NCBI GenBank assembly: GCA_044236265.1
Contig: JBIIGV010000230.1
Span: forward strand, 1-10,792
Length of the DNA stretch: 10,792 bases
From: Oligoflexales bacterium
Lineage (GTDB): Bacteria > Bdellovibrionota_B > Oligoflexia > Oligoflexales > RGVZ01
Reading direction: 5' to 3'
Part shown: piece by piece, positions 6,964 to 10,792 of the stretch
Layout of the letters: each line of letters starts with the position of its first letter
Numbering within the stretch: the first letter of the stretch is position 1
The notes under the pieces: model-generated
What the model was told of the DNA's origin: nothing
Database searches by the model: none
Seen by the model: only the letters and a program-made list of their open reading frames with translations
Program-made: the position numbers and the translations under genes

Positions 6964-7362
6964 ATGCGCGCAAATGACCCAATCGCAGATCTTCTCACCA
7001 GGATCCGCAACGCACAGCAAGCAAAACACGAAGTTGTTTCTGTGCCAGCATCCATGGTGAAGATTGCTGTGACCCACATCCTAAAGGATGAAGGCTTCAT
7101 CAAAAACTATAAGTGTATCCGCGACCGCAAACAGGGCGTTATCAAAATCGCTCTTAAGTACACTGACGACGGTCAAGGCGCTATCCGCAACATTTCGCGC
7201 GTTAGCACTCCGAGTCAGCGTATTTATGTTGGCGTAGACAAAATCCCATACGTTAAAAACGGCTTGGGCGTAGCAATTCTTTCGACTCCGAAGGGTGTGA
7301 TGGCTGACCGCGAGGCACGCCAGCTCAACGTCGGTGGCGAACACATCTGTTCCGTTTATTGA
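6964..7362 (+). CDS. rpsH: 30S ribosomal protein S8 (uS8)
   Basis: DPIADLLTRIRNA, ILKDEGFI, GLGVAILSTPKGVM, VGGE motifs. Confidence 0.99.
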   Translation: MRANDPIADLLTRIRNAQQAKHEVVSVPASMVKIAVTHILKDEGFIKNYKCIRDRKQGVIKIALKYTDDGQGAIRNISRVSTPSQRIYVGVDKIPYVKNGLGVAILSTPKGVMADREARQLNVGGEHICSVY

Positions 7363-7380
7363 TCGGCGGAGGAGTAAAAC

Positions 7381-7923
7381 ATGTCTCGTATTGGTAAGAA
7401 ACCAGTTGAAATTGTAAAAGGCGTTGAAGTCTCCGTTAGCGGTCAGACTGTCAAGGTTAAGGGCCCAAAGGGCGCTGTAGAGCGCAAGATTCACGACTCC
7501 ATGACTGCAGTTGTTGAAGGCGGAGCCGTCAAGGTTGTGCCAAAGACAGCAGGTGTTGAAGATGCCCGTTTCCACGGTCTGACTCGCACTCTTATCGCAA
7601 ACATGGTTCACGGAGTGACTCAAGGCTTCTCAAAGACTCTGACACTCGTGGGCGTTGGTTACAAAGCTGCTCAAAGCGGTAAGAATATCACGCTAAACGT
7701 TGGCTACAGTCACCCAGTCGAAATCAAGGCTCCGGCTGGAGTTGAGTTGAAAATTGACAAGGCTGTCAACATTGTTGTTTCAGGCCCAGAGAAAGAAGTT
7801 GTAGGGCAACTTGCAGCAACTATCCGCGGGATTCGTCCACCTGAGCCATATCATGGCAAGGGCATTCGATATATGGATGAAGTGATCGTAACTAAAGTTG
7901 GTAAAGCAGCTGGTAAGAAGTAA
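7381..7923 (+). CDS. rplF: 50S ribosomal protein L6 (uL6)
   Basis: MSRIGKKP, VKGPKG, LVGVGYKA, GYSHP, RPPEPYHGKGIRY motifs; GGAGGAG SD. Confidence 0.99.
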   Translation: MSRIGKKPVEIVKGVEVSVSGQTVKVKGPKGAVERKIHDSMTAVVEGGAVKVVPKTAGVEDARFHGLTRTLIANMVHGVTQGFSKTLTLVGVGYKAAQSGKNITLNVGYSHPVEIKAPAGVELKIDKAVNIVVSGPEKEVVGQLAATIRGIRPPEPYHGKGIRYMDEVIVTKVGKAAGKK

Positions 7924-7959
7924 TAACTACTATCGTCCTGCTGTATAAGTGAGGAAACC

Positions 7960-8313
7960 ATGGCAAATAAAGTCGCAAAAAAGAATGAGCTTCGATTCCG
8001 TCGTAAGCTTCGTATCCGCAAGAAAGTCTCGGGAACCGCAGAGCGTCCGCGCTTGTCGGTATTCCGCTCTGCTCGTCACATCACGGCTCAAGTGATTGAT
8101 GACGTAACGGGTAAGACTCTCGTTGCAGTCAACTCTTATGAAGTTGGTAGCCGTGCAAACAAAGACGTTTGTACAAAAGTTGGTAAGGACCTTGCTGCGA
8201 AGTGCAAGGCTGCCAAGATCGACGCGGTTGTTTTTGATAAGAACGGTTATCGCTACCACGGTCGCATCGCAGCTCTTGCTGCAGGTGCTCGTGATGGTGG
8301 CTTGAACTTCTAA
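7960..8313 (+). CDS. rplR: 50S ribosomal protein L18 (uL18)
   Basis: [38 protein letters not shown] motifs. Confidence 0.99.
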   Translation: MANKVAKKNELRFRRKLRIRKKVSGTAERPRLSVFRSARHITAQVIDDVTGKTLVAVNSYEVGSRANKDVCTKVGKDLAAKCKAAKIDAVVFDKNGYRYHGRIAALAAGARDGGLNF

Positions 8314-8354
8314 TTTCGTCTCAGACAACTGATAAAAGAATCGAGGAGAATCTC

Positions 8355-8957
8355 GTGGCAAAAGAACAAAAAGAAAATAAAGAAGTAAAGAGACCTGATC
8401 AGGCCGCTGGCGCAGCGGGTCAAGAAGGTGACGGTTTCCAGGACCGCGTAGTTCACATTGCGCGTGTTGCAAAGGTTGTTAAGGGCGGTCGTCGCTTCAG
8501 CTTCTCTGCTCTTGTAGTGGTGGGTGATGGCAAAGGTCGCGTTGGCTTTGGCTTAGGCAAGGCTGGCGAAGTTCCCGACGCAATCAAGAAGGGTGCAGAT
8601 CAGGCTAAGAAAAATCTAGTCAAAGTCGTTGCACTTGATGGAACGATTCCATTTGACGTGACTGGCAAGTTTGGTGCCGCAAAAGTTCTGATGTTCCCTG
8701 CGAAAAAGGGAACTGGAACGATTGCCGGTGGTGCGGTTCGTATCATTTGTGAATTGGCTGGTATTCAGGACATCGTTTGTAAGGTGCATGGCACCAAGAA
8801 CTATCACTCAGTTGTTCGTGCAACTGTAAATGGTTTGACACAACTCGTATCTCCTGATGATTATGCTGCAACTCGTGGAAAGACGCTTGCAGAGGTTCTT
8901 CAAGTTCGTGGATCTAAGAAGAAAACAGCAGCAAAAAAGACAGCAGCAGCCAAGTAA
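8355..8957 (+). CDS. rpsE: 30S ribosomal protein S5 (uS5) with N- and C-terminal extensions
   Basis: [41 protein letters not shown] motifs; GTG start with GAGGAG SD. Confidence 0.98.
   Translation: MAKEQKENKEVKRPDQAAGAAGQEGDGFQDRVVHIARVAKVVKGGRRFSFSALVVVGDGKGRVGFGLGKAGEVPDAIKKGADQAKKNLVKVVALDGTIPFDVTGKFGAAKVLMFPAKKGTGTIAGGAVRIICELAGIQDIVCKVHGTKNYHSVVRATVNGLTQLVSPDDYAATRGKTLAEVLQVRGSKKKTAAKKTAAAK
8919..8948 (+). repeat. 15-nt in-frame tandem duplication encoding KKTAA x2
   Basis: AAGAAAACAGCAGCA / AAAAAGACAGCAGCA, 13 of 15 identical. Confidence 0.8.
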
Positions 8958-9009
8958 TAGAAATGCTCACTCGCAACGAGAGTGAGATGAAGAAGATAGG
9001 AGTTAGAAC

Positions 9010-9192
9010 ATGAGCCAGATTGTTGTGACGCAAAAGCGCAGCCTGATCGGCCAATCCGAAGCCAACCAGCGTGTGGTGAAAGGTTTGGGTCTCGGTCGTA
9101 TTGGGAAAACTAAGACTCACAAAGACAACAACTGTATCCGCGGCATGATCAACAAGGTTAAGCACCTTGTTAGCTACGAACTTAAGGCGTGA
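9010..9192 (+). CDS. rpmD: 50S ribosomal protein L30 (uL30)
   Basis: VTQKRSLIG, GLGL.RIG, IRGMINKVKHLV motifs; AGGAG SD. Confidence 0.98.
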   Translation: MSQIVVTQKRSLIGQSEANQRVVKGLGLGRIGKTKTHKDNNCIRGMINKVKHLVSYELKA

Positions 9193-9221
9193 GACGTTGA
9201 TCTCAACTAGAAGGTGATAAA

Positions 9222-9689
9222 ATGACAACGAAAACTGAAATGAAGCATCTTGGAAACCTGAGCCCTGCTCCTGGTTCCAACGTGAAGAAAAAGCGCCTTG
9301 GTCGCGGCCCAGGTAGCGGTCTCGGTAAGACGGCTGCTCGCGGTGGCAAAGGTCAGACAGCTCGTAAGGGCGGTGGTATTCGCGCTGGATTTGAGGGTGG
9401 TCAAACTCCTCTTTACCGTCGTTTGCCAAAGCGTGGTTTTACAAATCCATTCCGCGTTGAGTACAACGTGGTAAACATCTCGGTGCTCGAGAAGTTTGAC
9501 GCAGGCACGAAGGTGACCCCAGAATTCCTTAACGAAAAGGGACTACTTCGCAACCCAGCCAACCCAGTGAAGGTTCTTGGTAAGGGTGAGCTCAAAAAGA
9601 AACTGACAGTCGCAGTTCACAAGGTTAGTGCTACCGCGAAGTCGGCTATTGAGAAAGCGGGCGGAAGCGTCGAAGTTAAGGAGAAATGA
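9222..9689 (+). CDS. rplO: 50S ribosomal protein L15 (uL15)
   Basis: [46 protein letters not shown] motifs; AAGGTG SD upstream of ATG 9222. Confidence 0.99.
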   Translation: MTTKTEMKHLGNLSPAPGSNVKKKRLGRGPGSGLGKTAARGGKGQTARKGGGIRAGFEGGQTPLYRRLPKRGFTNPFRVEYNVVNISVLEKFDAGTKVTPEFLNEKGLLRNPANPVKVLGKGELKKKLTVAVHKVSATAKSAIEKAGGSVEVKEK

Positions 9690-10792
9690 GCGTGGCTCAA
9701 GGCATCAGTAAGCTTCCTGAGGGCACGCTGAATCACCTTCAGAAGAAGATTCTCTATACCCTACTATTTCTTGCTATTTACCGTATCGGTGTTCACATTC
9801 CGATTGCCGGAGTTGACACACCTGCTCTTGCTGAATTCTTTAGGACCCAGGGCGCGAATCTTTTCGGGATGTTCAACATGTTCTCGGGTGGTGCACTTGA
9901 GCGCTTCAGTGTGTTTGCGCTTGGAGTGATGCCTTACATCTCGGCTTCGATCATTGCGCAGCTTCTGACGGTCGTCGTTCCTTATCTGGAGCAACTCTCT
10001 AAAGAAGGCGAAGCCGGACGTCGCAAAATTAACCAGTACACTCGTTATGCAACCATGATTCTGGCTTTGTTCCAGGGCTACATGATTGCTGCTGGCTTGG
10101 AAAGCCAGGCGTTCCAGGGTGGTCGATTGGTGATTGAAGGCGGACTTGCTTGGCGTTTAATGACGGCTCTTAGTTTGACCGCTGGTACTGCTTTCGTGAT
10201 GTGGCTTGGCGAGAGAATTACGGAATTTGGCGTTGGAAACGGCATGTCCCTGATTATCTTCTCTGGTATCGTCGCGGGACTTCCCAAGATCATTACCAGT
10301 ACATACTCTCAGTACGCCCAGAGCCAGATGGATCTTGGTCGCATTCTGATGATTATTGTCCTGGTCGTTCTGATTATCGCTGGTGTGGTGTTCATGGAGC
10401 AAGGCGTTCGTCAGGTTCCGGTTCAGTACGCTAAGCGTCAGGTTGGTGGCAAAATCTACGGGGGCCAAAATACTCACTTACCCATCCGTCTAAATGCGGC
10501 TGGTGTTATTCCGCCGATTTTTGCGAGCTCCCTGCTACAGTTTCCGCAAACGATAGCGGCTGTGTCGCCGCAGTCGAAGTTTGCAGATGTTATCAATTCA
10601 GCTTTCGTTCCAGGTGGTTGGCTTTATAACACTGTTTACGTTCTGCTGATTCTATTCTTTGCGTTTTTCTACACGTCCATCACATTTAAAGCTGATGATA
10701 TCGCTGAGAGCTTGAAAAAGCATGGCGGCTTCATTCCTGGGATTCGTCCTGGCGCGAGAACGTCGGAGTACATTAATAAGATTGTGTCGAGA
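9686..10792 (+). CDS. secY: Preprotein translocase subunit SecY (3'-truncated by window)
   Basis: Not in the ORF track because it has no stop in the window. Manual translation gives [66 protein letters not shown] and [10 protein letters not shown]. Start is ATG 9686 (ATGA overlap with rplO) or GTG 9692 (better spacing from AAGGAG 9678-9683). Confidence 0.98.
   Translation, partial: MSVAQGISKLPEGTLNHLQKKILYTLLFLAIYRIGVHIPIAGVDTPALAEFFRTQGANLFGMFNMFSGGALERFSVFALGVMPYISASIIAQLLTVVVPYLEQLSKEGEAGRRKINQYTRYATMILALFQGYMIAAGLESQAFQGGRLVIEGGLAWRLMTALSLTAGTAFVMWLGERITEFGVGNGMSLIIFSGIVAGLPKIITSTYSQYAQSQMDLGRILMIIVLVVLIIAGVVFMEQGVRQVPVQYAKRQVGGKIYGGQNTHLPIRLNAAGVIPPIFASSLLQFPQTIAAVSPQSKFADVINSAFVPGGWLYNTVYVLLILFFAFFYTSITFKADDIAESLKKHGGFIPGIRPGARTSEYINKIVSR

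Noticed and set aside
7938..7950. TGTATAAG in the rplF-rplR spacer as an extended -10 promoter
   Set aside because: The TG is mis-spaced, the conserved final T is missing, and there is no -35.
9190..9207. Short inverted repeats in the rpmD-rplO spacer
   Set aside because: The stems are only 5 bp with no U-tract, too weak to call.
3289..10434. Alternative-frame + strand ORFs 3289-3585, 4170-4376, 8123-8305 and 10201-10434
   Set aside because: They overlap rplB/rpsS, rpsC, rplR and secY out of frame, with no SD or motif support.
659..10477. Numerous minus-strand ORFs of 60-203 aa (e.g. 2454-3065, 7081-7623, 7930-8472, 8914-9429)
   Set aside because: All are antisense shadows of conserved r-protein or secY genes with biased codon usage, and none has a recognisable motif.

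Overview
This window holds a bacterial S10-spc ribosomal protein gene cluster on the + strand. It begins with the 3' end of an unrelated gene, probably an M14-type zinc carboxypeptidase-like protein (open from the window edge to 418). An intrinsic terminator and a ~200-nt promoter/leader region follow. The cluster order is rpsJ-rplC-rplD-rplW-rplB-rpsS-rplV-rpsC-rplP-rpmC-rpsQ-rplN-rplE-rpsN(Zn type)-rpsH-rplF-rplR-rpsE-rpmD-rplO-secY, with secY running off the window end. Gene order is canonical with one clear exception: rplX (uL24) is absent between rplN and rplE, which are separated by only 36 nt. Other proteins around the peptide exit tunnel also look atypical (uL4 loop tip KGTGEAR, uL23 tunnel loop, very basic uL29). 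The region upstream of rpsJ has a perfect 10-bp inverted repeat over the putative promoter and a structured leader with a duplicated CAAGCCTC motif, a candidate ribosomal-protein leader RNA. The proteins look Deltaproteobacteria/Bdellovibrionota-like by eye, which is an unverified inference. I found no mobile elements, CRISPR arrays, tRNAs or rRNAs.
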